Shown here: piece by piece, positions 1-10,714 of the stretch
Numbering within the stretch: the first letter of the stretch is position 1
Layout of the letters: each line of letters begins with the position of its first letter
Origin: Nitrosopumilus sp.
GTDB lineage: Archaea > Thermoproteota > Nitrososphaeria > Nitrososphaerales > Nitrosopumilaceae
DNA: 64,000 bases
Direction: 5' to 3'
NCBI GenBank assembly: GCA_965223425.1
Contig: CBDCWS010000001.1
Coordinates: 1 to 64,000 of the forward strand
Notes under the pieces: model-generated
Told to the model about the DNA's origin: nothing
The model's input: the letters and a program-made list of their open reading frames with translations, nothing else
Database searches by the model: none
Program-made: the position numbers and the translations under genes

Positions 1-3000
1 TGTGCGCGTTCTATCCATGCCTGTATCGTCGCAGGATCAAGTTCCTCTATCCCCTTCATAGCAAGAATCGAAGGCGCAGCTGCCGCAGTTGACTCACCCA
101 TGTGTTGTGCGACAATGATGAGATCTAAGATATTGATAACACCATCACCATTTACGTCAACCTCCGAGTGAGCAGACCCTGTTTTCCCGAAGTGTCGAGC
201 AACAAGCACCATATCCAGAATACTCACCTGTCCATCTCGATTTACATCTCCCGACGCCAGTTGACCTTCGATGCTGATAACAATTTCATGAGGTCCCGCG
301 GGGATAATCCCACCAGTGGCTGAACCGAACTGAAAATTATTCAATCTTAACGGCGTCTGCCCTCCTGCCTTGGCTTTAAAGGTTACCGAGACAAGCGAAC
401 CTGTGCCGCTAACACCCACTTCGCTGAGTCGTGCTGAACTCAGACCGGTAATCTTACCAGATCGATTATTCATCACGCCTTTGCGAAAGAAGGTCGTTTC
501 ACCATTTGGTTTGAGGAAATTACCTTCATTCACCTGAATCGCTTCGAGCCGCGTCGGATCAAACGTAATATCAAATTGCCACCCCGCTAAATCAATGACA
601 TTTTCTGCGTTGACATCAAGGCGGAAGGTATCATCAACATGGATTTCAGGCTTAGAGAAAACGTATCCAACACGCGTTTTTGTTGATGCTGTTGATACTG
701 TATACGCCGTGCCTTCTTCAAAACCGAAAAAGCCACTCCAGCCGAAACCCACCCCGTCGTCAATTACAACCAACAAGACATTGGGTCCTTGTTTCAAATT
801 GACAGGGATAAAATCATGATAATTCCCAGCCCGACGCCAAAGCAGGGATTGATAAATCAACTCGCCATTGAGCCAGATTTTCACCCGATCCCCGCATCCG
901 AAAAACATGTGGGTGTCCTGTTCACGCGGTGAATCCAAAATGATAGAGCCATAGATGATACGATTATTGTTATTCTTATTTGCTTGGCTACCGATCTCAT
1001 CTAACATCTCAACAATGTTCGTCTCCCCATATGGCGCGATTTTTCCTTGGGTCCAGAGGTTGTTTCCAACCGGCTTTCCTTGTATAACACCGTCGGTTGC
1101 GACCTGTTGTTCGCTTAGAGTGCCAGCACTCGCTGCTGCGAGTAAATCCGTGTTACCATCAAGGCTTTCTCCCGGAACGGTGACCCATAACCAAGGACCC
1201 TCTATTTTCCGACCGCCTCTTGGAACCCCTGGGTTAAAAGCACGTGAAATCGTTGTTGTCTCGGGTAAGCTTGCTAAAGGTGAAAAGTCGGATATTGAAT
1301 TATGGTGAAGTTCTAATAATTTGAGTTGCTTTAACGCTGCTAACGCAGATACATCAGAGATTTTATTTTCTTTTAGACTCAATCGTGTTAAATTTGTTAA
1401 ACCTGACAATGGAGATACATCAGAGATACGGTTTTGGGCAAGATATAATTCTTTTAATCCTGTCAACCTTGCCAGTGGCGAAATATCAGACGCTTCTGAT
1501 CCGCAAATATCTAAATGTTCCAATTGTGTTAATCCCGAAAGAGGTGAAAGATCCGAGATTGGGTTACCCCACGTTAGAAAGCGATTTAGTTTGACAAGTC
1601 CAGCAAGAGGAGAGAGGTCGGATATTCCACCATCTCCTATAAGTGTTATCTCGTCTAAATTTGATAAACCTTCGAGCGCGGATAAACTTTCTATTGGATT
1701 GTGCCAGATATGTAATACTGCCAAGTGGGTTAGTTCAGAGAGAGGTGAGAGATCGGATATTCGGTTGTCAGGTGCGTATAAAATCTCTAAATTTATAGCC
1801 AACTCAAGCCCTGTCAAATTTTCAATGTCTCTGCCATTCGCAACAAGTTCTGTCAGTTTCGCCATTTCCTCTGCTGTAATCGAAACAACTGTCGTATCAC
1901 CTTTACCAAGTGCCTCTGCAATCGCGGCGCGGAGGTTCGGATCCGGGATGTAAACAGCCTCCCCAGGGATGCGTTCGGTCTGCGGATCAATTGGTGTAAC
2001 GACGCTCTTTTCTGGGAAATCCAGTGCAAAGACCACTTCACGAAATCTTGATGTCCACGCGTCCCGCTTCATAGTTCCGCTTTCCAGCACTAATAGCCCT
2101 AAGTTTTTCAAACCTACATTCTGTTGGATCCTTTTCAGAAATACTGCCGTTTGTAAACCAACTGCGGCGGCAGCGTGTGCCGCATCAACTGGACCTTGGA
2201 ACGCCTCATAGAATCGCTGAATCGGCTCAATACCACCGAAGATACCACCAGCGGCTTCAAGTGCCTGTCGGTAGCGTTGTGTATCTTCAGCTATAAAACC
2301 ATCCATCGCTGCTTTCTCTGTATACAGTTGCAATGCTCTGTCTTTGTTAAACGGCGGATTCGGGTTCTGTTGAATCACTGAGCGGACCTGATCTTCAAAG
2401 TCCTTCATTCCCTCGGTGTGACATCCAATACAAGAAAGTCCATTACGGACGGTCGGATCACTCGCTGCAGGATTGGAAACAATGCTTATCGGTGCCGCAT
2501 CAAGCCTGTTGCCGCCGGCATCTGCCAAGTAATATGCTTGCAAACCGTTGGGTAAGTTAAAAACAATCTCGCCACCATCGTGTTCAAAAGACAGCGGATA
2601 GGTGAAGATATTCTGCGTCCCTATACTCCCCGCAAAGTCGTAACTCTTCCAATACGCTCCATACCGAGACGTGTGTCGTTCGACAACTCGATTGTTATTT
2701 GAAACACCCGAATCGTTGAAACCCGCACGCCAAACACGCCTCCCAGCGGCGTTGCGGATATTTTCAACAACATTCACCTCAAGGCGTGTTTCCAACTCAC
2801 GATCGGTCTCTGGGAGACCTAAAATATCATGGTAGAGCGGTGGCAAAGAAGCAGTCGCAACAAACCAATCCACATCAACAAACGGCACCTCGCAACCCAT
2901 TGCTTCGCGTAGGCGCATTAGTTTTTCACGAAGCACTGTCTGTGTCGGTGCATTGAACTCAATCTTATAGGGATATTCCGCTTCAATCAGTATCCATCGA

Positions 3001-3647
3001 TTGGTTCCGATCTCCCACTCATAGTCTCGGAGATCAATATAAAAGATCGTTGCTTCGGCGTCAATAGGTTGTGGTTTGATAACCCTACGTCCCCACGATA
3101 GACTGTTCACGAGTTTCGAGAGTGCACTCTGATAGGCATGCAGTGCCGCCGGTGTCTCACCAGCGTTGTAGAGATGCGTTAGCGTAAAATAACGCGCAAA
3201 GGTGCGGTCAAACGGCGCAAGAGCGTTGATATGCTTCTCTATGGTCTCAAGCATCTTCTTAGGAGTGATGAAGGCTCCATCTTGTTCTAGCGTTTCCCAA
3301 TTCGGTGCACCCGCAAGAATCCACTGACGAATAGTACGAATCGCAGCAGGTGAAAGCGGCGGCTGTCCTAGCGGCATCCGTTTTTCAACCCGTTTTTCAA
3401 TGAGTCGTTGATACAGTGAGGAGGCACCAGGTTTTCTCGGAACAACCGCTCCGGTTTCAATCAGTGCGGTATGATCAATAATGATTTCTTCGGTAAACGC
3501 TCCGTGTTCGCCGTGGCAGTTGAGGCAGTTTCGCTGAAAGATATTATATGCCTGTTCTGCGATGTTCTGTTGTGCTTCGGCAGAACTGTATCCCAGAGCA
3601 ATGCACATGAAGACTATAAGGGTGATGAAAGTGTGAATCCGTTTCAT
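1..3647 (-). CDS. Large secreted multi-domain protein: planctomycete-type cytochrome c (CxxCH x2), leucine-rich repeats, cohesin and dockerin domains; 3' end runs off the window
   Basis: Manual minus-strand translation from ATG 3647 (RBS AAGGAG): MKRIHTFITLIVFMCIALG signal peptide, CLNCH, RMPLGQPPL, CIGCH, internalin-like ISDxSPLxxL repeats (~1300-1900), cohesin GWQFDITFDP, dockerin GDVNRDGQVSILD. Absent from the ORF track because the stop lies outside the window. Confidence 0.85.
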   Translation of the reverse strand, partial: MKRIHTFITLIVFMCIALGYSSAEAQQNIAEQAYNIFQRNCLNCHGEHGAFTEEIIIDHTALIETGAVVPRKPGASSLYQRLIEKRVEKRMPLGQPPLSPAAIRTIRQWILAGAPNWETLEQDGAFITPKKMLETIEKHINALAPFDRTFARYFTLTHLYNAGETPAALHAYQSALSKLVNSLSWGRRVIKPQPIDAEATIFYIDLRDYEWEIGTNRWILIEAEYPYKIEFNAPTQTVLREKLMRLREAMGCEVPFVDVDWFVATASLPPLYHDILGLPETDRELETRLEVNVVENIRNAAGRRVWRAGFNDSGVSNNNRVVERHTSRYGAYWKSYDFAGSIGTQNIFTYPLSFEHDGGEIVFNLPNGLQAYYLADAGGNRLDAAPISIVSNPAASDPTVRNGLSCIGCHTEGMKDFEDQVRSVIQQNPNPPFNKDRALQLYTEKAAMDGFIAEDTQRYRQALEAAGGIFGGIEPIQRFYEAFQGPVDAAHAAAAVGLQTAVFLKRIQQNVGLKNLGLLVLESGTMKRDAWTSRFREVVFALDFPEKSVVTPIDPQTERIPGEAVYIPDPNLRAAIAEALGKGDTTVVSITAEEMAKLTELVANGRDIENLTGLELAINLEILYAPDNRISDLSPLSELTHLAVLHIWHNPIESLSALEGLSNLDEITLIGDGGISDLSPLAGLVKLNRFLTWGNPISDLSPLSGLTQLEHLDICGSEASDISPLARLTGLKELYLAQNRISDVSPLSGLTNLTRLSLKENKISDVSALAALKQLKLLELHHNSISDFSPLASLPETTTISRAFNPGVPRGGRKIEGPWLWVTVPGESLDGNTDLLAAASAGTLSEQQVATDGVIQGKPVGNNLWTQGKIAPYGETNIVEMLDEIGSQANKNNNNRIIYGSIILDSPREQDTHMFFGCGDRVKIWLNGELIYQSLLWRRAGNYHDFIPVNLKQGPNVLLVVIDDGVGFGWSGFFGFEEGTAYTVSTASTKTRVGYVFSKPEIHVDDTFRLDVNAENVIDLAGWQFDITFDPTRLEAIQVNEGNFLKPNGETTFFRKGVMNNRSGKITGLSSARLSEVGVSGTGSLVSVTFKAKAGGQTPLRLNNFQFGSATGGIIPAGPHEIVISIEGQLASGDVNRDGQVSILDMVLVARHFGKTGSAHSEVDVNGDGVINILDLIIVAQHMGESTAAAAPSILAMKGIEELDPATIQAWIERA

Positions 3648-3782
3648 AAGGTCTCCTTTACCAGAAAAATCCACACAGACCCGCCCCGACCTTTTTCATT
3701 TTTTTCCGAGTATGCATGGTTTCCGATCCAAAGTTGTGTTTTTAGCGATGACTCTCACGTGATCTCTATGACAGAGGGCACC

Positions 3783-4448
3783 TCAGCGATACGGGTCGTA
3801 GAACAGGTATTGCCTGTCCGTCTGGAGTATCAGCTGCTTCAGTAGACGTGTTACTTCTTGCGGCTCCTCTACGTTGAGTATCCACTCGATCTTCTCCGTG
3901 TTGAGTCCCTCCATTTCTGGGGCGTTCTGGTGGAGTATCTCGTTGTTGAGTGCTGTCAGCGGACTCTCGTCGATTGCATCGATGACTTTCTCAAGGTACT
4001 CCTGCCTGTATGTTAGGCTCGGAAACACCACTTCCGTCAGATTCCCTCCTGCGTCGTACGCCTGCCATGGTTCCTCGATCCATTCCTGATGCCACAGAAA
4101 CTCCACGATCCGCATCTGGTCTTTGCGCCCCTGTATTCCTTTCTTCTCCAAGAGCTGCTCCACGTGTTGATTCAGTGGATGTTGGTTCGCCTTGTTCATC
4201 TCTGCCAGCCACTTCTTCGACTTCGCCTCCACGCTGTGCAGCCAAATATCTATCTGAAGCATCGGTATCGCAGAACTACGTTCACGAAGATCATGCTCAA
4301 GTTCACGCACACGCGCCTGAGCACGCTCACGAAGATCACGTTTAAGATAGAAAGCAAACACAACGAGGGGACAGAATAAAAGTATCATCTTTTTAGATTT
4401 TGCCCGTTTTCTGCCGAAACTATTGGGTAGAAACACGGATGCCGCCAA
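3783..4448 (-). CDS. Hypothetical protein (start uncertain)
   Basis: 221-aa ORF with protein-like C-terminal composition and a short DLRER repeat; no recognised domain. Confidence 0.45.
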   Translation of the reverse strand: MAASVFLPNSFGRKRAKSKKMILLFCPLVVFAFYLKRDLRERAQARVRELEHDLRERSSAIPMLQIDIWLHSVEAKSKKWLAEMNKANQHPLNQHVEQLLEKKGIQGRKDQMRIVEFLWHQEWIEEPWQAYDAGGNLTEVVFPSLTYRQEYLEKVIDAIDESPLTALNNEILHQNAPEMEGLNTEKIEWILNVEEPQEVTRLLKQLILQTDRQYLFYDPYR

Positions 4449-4809
4449 GATGGATAAACTCTAAGCGCACTTGATTCGCAGTGTAAAATATTCTGTTATT
4501 TTTCAGGTGGAAGGTTTCTCTATGGCGGGATTGCTAACAAAAGAGAAACTAATACGACGAGGTTCCGCCGAGGGGCAATCTTTCCGCATAGGGGGCTGGT
4601 TCCCTAAAATCCTCACACTTTAGTCGCAAAGTGTGATATTATAAGAAACCAGCACTGTCATTCGTACACAATGGCAGGGCTACGCGTCGCGGGTGTTCAT
4701 ATCACCTGCGGCGCACCTAACGAAAAATCAATCTGCCGTCTATTATTGTAGAATAAACGGCAAAAAATGTCAAGTCAAGATGTTCGACGACGCAAAAAAG
4801 GTAAATTTT

Positions 4810-5050
4810 ATGAAATATATGTTTCTCGGCGGTGCTGGCGAGGTCGGTGCATCGTGTCTGCTAATCCTCACCTCGGATAGAAACATTCTTATTGACTGCG
4901 GCATGCGGGTGAACCAGCGCGGTTCTGAAGCACTCCCCGATCTCGCTCTACTGAAAGGGCTCGGATCGAAACTTGACGCGATCTTTATCTCACACGCACA
5001 TGCCGATCACATCGGTGGGCTCCCTCTAGTCCATCAGATGTTCCCAGCGA
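4810..5050 (+). pseudogene. N-terminal fragment of an MBL-fold/beta-CASP nuclease
   Basis: MKYMFLGGAGEVGASC...DCG...SHAHADH, paralogous to 5864-7402; similarity stops abruptly at ~5050. Confidence 0.85.
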
Positions 5051-5115
5051 GGGACACCTTGAAAAATCAAAAGCGCAGCCGTGTAAAAGGCTTCGGGTTG
5101 TCGGGTGCGTGACAT
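5051..5115 (-). pseudogene. N-terminal stub of a small protein fused head-to-head with the MBL fragment
   Basis: AAGGAGG RBS, ATG, then MSRTRQPEAFYTAALLIFQGVP, which runs into the antisense strand of the MBL fragment. Confidence 0.4.
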
Positions 5116-5387
5116 ATTGATCCTCCTTTATAGCTCAGTTCGGGGACAAGCATACGGGGTTGAAAACAGACCGTCCCGCCTTTCGCCCATCTGTGAATGA
5201 ATTAAAAACAATTTCAGATAAAAAGTCAATCTAAAAATGAAAAATACCAAACTTCCCATCAGATATATCGAGCGATAACATGCCAGCAGCGTCACGTGAC
5301 GATTCACATTGTCGTTAGGTGAAAAAACAAAATCTTATTGACAGTCGTGAAGGAATGTGATTTACTATACACAAAAGGAGACGACCC

Positions 5388-5834
5388 ATGAGATATACAC
5401 TTTCTCTCTCAATACTCTTTTGTGTTATGGTGCTGCCAGCTGTCGCAGAACTGACACCCGAAGACCTTGATAAAATCCGTCTGATTGTTAAGGAAGAAGT
5501 CAAAGCCGAAACCGCACCTCTAAATGCGAAAATTCAAGCATTGGATACCCGGCTCCAAAACGTTGAGCAGGGGGTTTCATGGATGCGCGGGAAAATGGAA
5601 GGTTTTGACAAACAATTTGAGAGCGTTAACAAACAATTTGAGAGCGTTGGCAAACAAATCTCACACGCCACAAATGTCACATACGGTCTCATAGCTCTGA
5701 TTGTCCTAGCCGTCGGTGTCCCACAGATCCTCATCGCATTGCGGAATCAAAAAGATCGTGAACGCGATAAACAGATTCAAGAACTCCGAGAAGAGATAGA
5801 AACACTGAAGCAACAACGCATTGTTGGTTCTTGA
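5388..5834 (+). CDS. Secreted coiled-coil protein with a C-terminal transmembrane helix
   Basis: TTGACA/TACTAT promoter and AGGAG RBS; signal peptide, heptad repeats (KQFESV x2), TM segment YGLIALIVLAVGVPQIL. Confidence 0.8.
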   Translation: MRYTLSLSILFCVMVLPAVAELTPEDLDKIRLIVKEEVKAETAPLNAKIQALDTRLQNVEQGVSWMRGKMEGFDKQFESVNKQFESVGKQISHATNVTYGLIALIVLAVGVPQILIALRNQKDRERDKQIQELREEIETLKQQRIVGS

Positions 5835-5863
5835 TAAGGAATCATCGCAAAAAAGGCAGTAAA

Positions 5864-7402
5864 ATGAAATATATGTTTCTCGGTGGCGCAGGTGAGGTCG
5901 GTGGATCGTGTCTGTTGATCTCTGCTGCGGAGCGTTACATCCTCATAGATTGCGGTATCCGGGTCAACCAGCAGGGAACTGATGCCTTGCCCGATCTCGC
6001 GATGCTCAAGAATACTGTCCCAATGTTGGACGCAATCTTCCTATCGCACGCTCATGCCGACCATGTGGGGGCATTGCCGTTAGCACATCACGACTTCCCA
6101 CAGGCTCCAATATACGCCACACTCCCAACGCAACGCTTGTCGTCTGTAATGCTCAACGATGCCGTTCGTGTACAGAACACACAAGGTGAAACGGTTTTCA
6201 CCCAAGAAGCCATGGAAGCGACACTCGGACAGATACAGATTCTGAAAATCGGCAAATGGAATGACTTGTGGAAAGGCTGGCGCGTTAAATTTATCCGTTC
6301 TGGGCATATCTTGGGGGCTGTCTCGATTCTACTCGATACACCCGAAGGACTATTTTTTTATTCAGGCGATGTCTCAGCGTTCCGCCAAAGGACAATAGAC
6401 GGTCTCGACGATGTAAACGGAATTGAGCCGGATTATATGTTCTGTGAGGCAACCTATGGTACTTCTAACCACCCATCGCGAACCAGTGAGGAAATGAAAC
6501 TCGCCAAATCCGTTGAGGCGGTGGTGAAAAACGGCGGATCGGTGCTGATTCCGAGTTTCGCACTCGGTCGGGCACAGGAAATTCTGCTCATTTTGAAAGA
6601 TGCCATGCGTTCGGGCACTATTGAACCCTTTCCCGTCTTTGCTGATGGACTTGTGCGCAACATTTGCGGCGTTTACGAATCCCTAAAGCCACATTTAAGT
6701 CAGAAAATTCAACAGTGGCTTCACAACTCCCAACAGCCGATGTTTTTCACCGATACCCTGCGAACCGTTAAACACGGAGAACGCGACGCTGTTTTGAAGG
6801 ATAAAACGCCAAAGTGTATTATCGCAAGTTCGGGGATGCTCACCGGCGGCGCATCCGTTGAATACGCAAAGGCTTTCGCACCCGGAGCTAACAACGCCAT
6901 CTTTTTATCAGGCTACCAAGACGCTGAGTCCCCAGGCAGACGCTTACAGACACTTCAACAGGGCGATGATCTCCTATTTGCTGACGGTTCTGCGGTGGAA
7001 GTCAAGTGTTCTGTTGATAGATTCCATTTATCCGCCCACTCCGACCAGGGACAGCTTGTGAACCTCGTCAAGCAGGTAAATCCAAAGGCTGTGGCATTGG
7101 TGCATGGCGAGATAGACGCAATTCACGCACTCAGAGACAAGCTCTACAAGAAGTTCCCAGTCATTTATGCCGTCAACGGGAAGGTATTTGACGGATCGTC
7201 GAATCCGGAATGGCTGTCTCCCGCAGCAAAATCGGCAATGGTGAAAAATGGCAAGCTCGACATCACAGGCGAATTCACCGACTTCGGGATAACCTTCGAT
7301 GCCGAGACGTTGCAATCTCAACGCTGGAGAGCGTTCCGTGATGGCACGCACAAATGGCGGTTAGAAGGCAATCGACTCATCATTAGCAAGCTACCTGCTT
7401 GA
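5864..7402 (+). CDS. MBL-fold metallo-hydrolase with beta-CASP domain (CPSF73/Ysh1-like nuclease)
   Basis: Motifs HAHADH, SGHILG, SGD, EATYG, PSFALGRAQE, SSGML and LSAHSD. Confidence 0.93.
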   Translation: MKYMFLGGAGEVGGSCLLISAAERYILIDCGIRVNQQGTDALPDLAMLKNTVPMLDAIFLSHAHADHVGALPLAHHDFPQAPIYATLPTQRLSSVMLNDAVRVQNTQGETVFTQEAMEATLGQIQILKIGKWNDLWKGWRVKFIRSGHILGAVSILLDTPEGLFFYSGDVSAFRQRTIDGLDDVNGIEPDYMFCEATYGTSNHPSRTSEEMKLAKSVEAVVKNGGSVLIPSFALGRAQEILLILKDAMRSGTIEPFPVFADGLVRNICGVYESLKPHLSQKIQQWLHNSQQPMFFTDTLRTVKHGERDAVLKDKTPKCIIASSGMLTGGASVEYAKAFAPGANNAIFLSGYQDAESPGRRLQTLQQGDDLLFADGSAVEVKCSVDRFHLSAHSDQGQLVNLVKQVNPKAVALVHGEIDAIHALRDKLYKKFPVIYAVNGKVFDGSSNPEWLSPAAKSAMVKNGKLDITGEFTDFGITFDAETLQSQRWRAFRDGTHKWRLEGNRLIISKLPA

Positions 7403-7744
7403 GGTACAGGAAAACACGAAAAAAACAGAGAAAAAATTTGACAACTTATGAAAATTAAGGTAAACTTTGCAAACACTATTTCAAGGGAGGCAAAGCAGCC
7501 TATTCAGTGATAATCGTTTAAAAGGCAACTTTAACTACAAAAAGGCAACGTCTATGATAACGTCCCCTTTTTGTAGGTAATGCAATTCCTGAATAGAAAA
7601 TGCACCATACAATCCAATTTGATTTAGTTGATTTAGTCTGATTACACCACCCAGACTTGATCACACCATCTAAATCAATAGAATTATACACGTTATTGAC
7701 GAACATGTCAATAATAGACAAATGTTAAGTAATCAACATTTGTT

Positions 7745-8848
7745 TTGGTGCAGAAAAACTTGCTTCCAATATCCCGAAAGGAAGAAATCGGAATGTTGAA
7801 CCAAACAAATTGTTCGATTTATTACGGCGGCACATTTTTATCAGGCGATACGCCCCTCTACAAGCCGGCGTTTGAATACCAAGAAACAACGATGCAGGTT
7901 CCGTTTGGCGTTCATACCATCTTGTCGGAGTTGTTTGCGGGTCGTATGAAACCGATAGATGCGATTGTATTTTTACAAATGAACCATCATTCGACGTGGG
8001 CGAATGGTAAAACGTATTGGATTTCGGGTCGTGGTCTGGCGAAAGCGATCCATGTTTCACATCGTTATATCCGTGAGGTGCTGAAGCGGTTGGAAAACTG
8101 GCTGATCTGTCTGAAAACCGGTATGCAAGGCGTTATCTACCAGCTAAGGCATCACAACTGCGGTTCGGATGATGTGCCACGTGACGAATATGGCAATCCG
8201 TTGAAGTTTGCGGTGCCATATGGCAAAGGCGGTCCCATAGAACGTTTAGAAGCGGGTGATATTTCGTGGAAAGCCGCTCTGATCTGGATCATTCTGAAGT
8301 TCCATTCGGATTGGCGGAGCGGTGAGAACAAGGGTATCACGGCTCCGATGAGCATGACGATGCTTGCGAAGTTAACGGGTTTAGGCAAACAGACGGTCTG
8401 CGAAGCGATCAAGGCATTGCAGAAAGCGGGGATGTTGAAGCGATTGTCGAAACCTTGGGAGCGATCGGTGTTTCAACTCTATCCAAAGCCGACGGAGAAA
8501 ACTGAGACGCAACGGATGAAGGCGAAACATGAACGCAGAAAGGTGAAAGTGGGACGTTGGGAAGTGGTTACAACACCACATCATGTGTATTCGGGGAATA
8601 AACAGTGGCGGTGTCGGTATCTCGACAGGAGATGGGAAAAACGGGTCGGCAGAGGCAACTGGAAAGACGTTTTGGATCGGGAGTTGCATCTGATCCCCAA
8701 AGCCGTCGTTCGGGATATAAACCCTTATATCGAGGCGAGACGCGAATCTATAGCGAGATGGGGTGGTTCTGATAGTGTACAGGGTGGTATTCAGGACGCG
8801 CAAGGTGGTATTCAGGACGCGCAGACGGATTTACTGGTACCCTTTTAA
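7745..8848 (+). CDS. Putative replication-initiator-like protein with two winged-HTH units
   Basis: Two HSxW...S...LAK HTH-like repeats; basic C-terminus; 21-bp tandem repeats at the 3' end. Start may be 7793. Confidence 0.6.
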   Translation: MVQKNLLPISRKEEIGMLNQTNCSIYYGGTFLSGDTPLYKPAFEYQETTMQVPFGVHTILSELFAGRMKPIDAIVFLQMNHHSTWANGKTYWISGRGLAKAIHVSHRYIREVLKRLENWLICLKTGMQGVIYQLRHHNCGSDDVPRDEYGNPLKFAVPYGKGGPIERLEAGDISWKAALIWIILKFHSDWRSGENKGITAPMSMTMLAKLTGLGKQTVCEAIKALQKAGMLKRLSKPWERSVFQLYPKPTEKTETQRMKAKHERRKVKVGRWEVVTTPHHVYSGNKQWRCRYLDRRWEKRVGRGNWKDVLDRELHLIPKAVVRDINPYIEARRESIARWGGSDSVQGGIQDAQGGIQDAQTDLLVPF

Positions 8849-9012
8849 CCCGCTGGTAGTGTGAGTTGGTTGCACCGCCGGAATCGTGTAACGCAGCTAT
8901 TACCACTCAATTTTATCGGTGACGCGGACAGTTTAGATTTGATTGAGGTGACTTCGGAGACCCCAAGCGGGTCGGTGAGAAGAAGATTGGGGGTAAAACC
9001 CCCAAACCCCCA
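8762..9012. repeat. Iteron-like 21-bp repeats plus GGGGGT-AAA-ACCCCC hairpin (origin-like)
   Basis: GGTGGTATTCAGGACGCGCA x2 plus one degenerate copy; GGGGGTAAAACCCCCAAACCCCC at ~8989-9011. Confidence 0.55.
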
Positions 9013-9114
9013 CTTCTAAACAGGGGAAAACAAAGGTTCTTACATGGTTGACGACCTTGTTTCTTAGCAAGGTCTATTGACGTTGCAACCCAAGATTCAA
9101 AAGGCGGGTTAAAA

Positions 9115-9465
9115 ATGAGAGCGAGAAAGCATCCCTCCTATGGTCATTCTAAAGAGGCTTTCCAGATTACCACCCGGCATTATGGTGGTTGCGAACATTA
9201 TTGGTATCGTTGTAAACTCTGCGGTAAGATGGCAGAAGAAGCGACCCCGAAAGCGTCAATTGCCTCTCTAAAATCGCGTTATTTAGAGAATGTATCGCCC
9301 CTTGGAACCTCTGTGAAGTCCTTACCGAATGTGCGTGCTGAACGTCAGGCGCGTCGCGCTGCGGGTGCGTGTCTTGCGTGTGGTCTGGTAATATGTCCAG
9401 GGAGTCGTGGCGAACTTTGCTTAGCACGCAGAGAGGACTTAGATTTACCCAATAACTGGGTATAG
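9115..9465 (+). CDS. Small Cys-rich (zinc-finger-like) hypothetical protein
   Basis: CEH...CKLC and CLAC...C..C motifs. Confidence 0.5.
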   Translation: MRARKHPSYGHSKEAFQITTRHYGGCEHYWYRCKLCGKMAEEATPKASIASLKSRYLENVSPLGTSVKSLPNVRAERQARRAAGACLACGLVICPGSRGELCLARREDLDLPNNWV

Positions 9466-9713
9466 CACGCCGTCAAATTTATAAAACCCTCTATTATTTC
9501 ATACCTGAATCGCTCTATCAATCCTTTTTTTACCATTTTTTTATAGCAAGCGAGTGGTAGCAGAATCGCCGATGAAACAGAAAAAATATGATCCAGACTA
9601 GTGCTTCGTCACATTTGAACTTATATGTATTTTGTTTTATTTTAGAGCTTGACAGATAAAGTTGTTTCGCCTTAGACTTTGAGAAACAAAACTAAGGAGG
9701 GCGGAACACCATC

Positions 9714-10619
9714 ATGAAGAAGAAGTATATTGTCGAACTCACCGATAGCGATTGTGCATTTTTGAAGGGGTGTGTTGATAAAGGGAAAAACACGGCTTAT
9801 GAGATAAAACACGCTCATATTTTATTGAAAGCGGATGCTGCGGGGCCTGCTTGGACGGATGCTCGCATCGCCGAAGCGTTTGGGTGTCATGCGCGGACGG
9901 TTTACAATGTCAGGCGGCGTTTTCTGGAACGTGGCTTGTCTGGTGTGTTATCCCGCGCAACACCACGAAAGCCATCTCGCCTCCCGAAACTTGACGGTGC
10001 GGCAGAGGCACGTCTGATTGCGTTGAGTTGTGGGGATCCGCCTGCGGGTTTCGCGAAATGGACGTTGCGGTTGCTTGCCGAGGCACTCGTGGCTCTTGAG
10101 TGTGTTGAAAGTGTTTCTCATGAGACCGTGCGGCGGACGCTAAAAAAAAACGCCTTGAAACCACATCTGCATAAACAGTGGGTGATTCCCCCGGAGGCAG
10201 ATGAGGCGTTTGTTGCCTGTATGGAAAATATCCTTGACCTTTATCAGAGGCCCTTGGATGCTCGGTTTCCGGTGGTGAACATGGATGAGCAATCCGTGCA
10301 GTTGCTCCAAGAAAGTCGGATGTCAATCCCTGGGGTTCCTGGACGCCCGAAACGTCTGGATTATGAGTATCGCCGCAATGGCACTACCTCTATATTTCTC
10401 TTTACCGAGGCACTTAGAGGATGGAGAGGCGTGTCTGTGCGGGAGCGGCGGACAGCCGTGGATTGGGCGCAAGAGGTCAAAAGTCTTTTAGAGGAAGTCT
10501 ATGCGGATGCCGAGCGAGTGCTATTGATATCTGATAATCTCAATACGCACAAGTATGCGTCGTTGTATAAAGCGTTTCAGGCTCCCGAAGCCTCTCGGTT
10601 GCGGAGTCGTTACATTTGA
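9714..10619 (+). pseudogene. IS630 transposase, C-terminally truncated
   Basis: Nearly identical to 10715-11848 up to SRLRSR; lacks the third catalytic residue region (WLNIAE). Confidence 0.9.
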
Positions 10620-10714
10620 ACTTGTATATATTTCGTATTATTTTTAAGCTTGACAGATAAAGTTGTTCCGCCTTAGACTTTGAAAAACAAAACTCAGGAG
10701 GGCGGAACACCATC

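Noticed and set aside
595-2381. Plus-strand ORFs listed in the track
   Set aside because: Antisense shadows of the large minus-strand LRR/cytochrome gene.
5124-5185. tRNA-like TCCTTTATAGCTCAGTTCGG...TTGAAAA
   Set aside because: No T-arm (GTTCRA) or acceptor-stem pairing; the opposite strand is an RBS plus a start codon.
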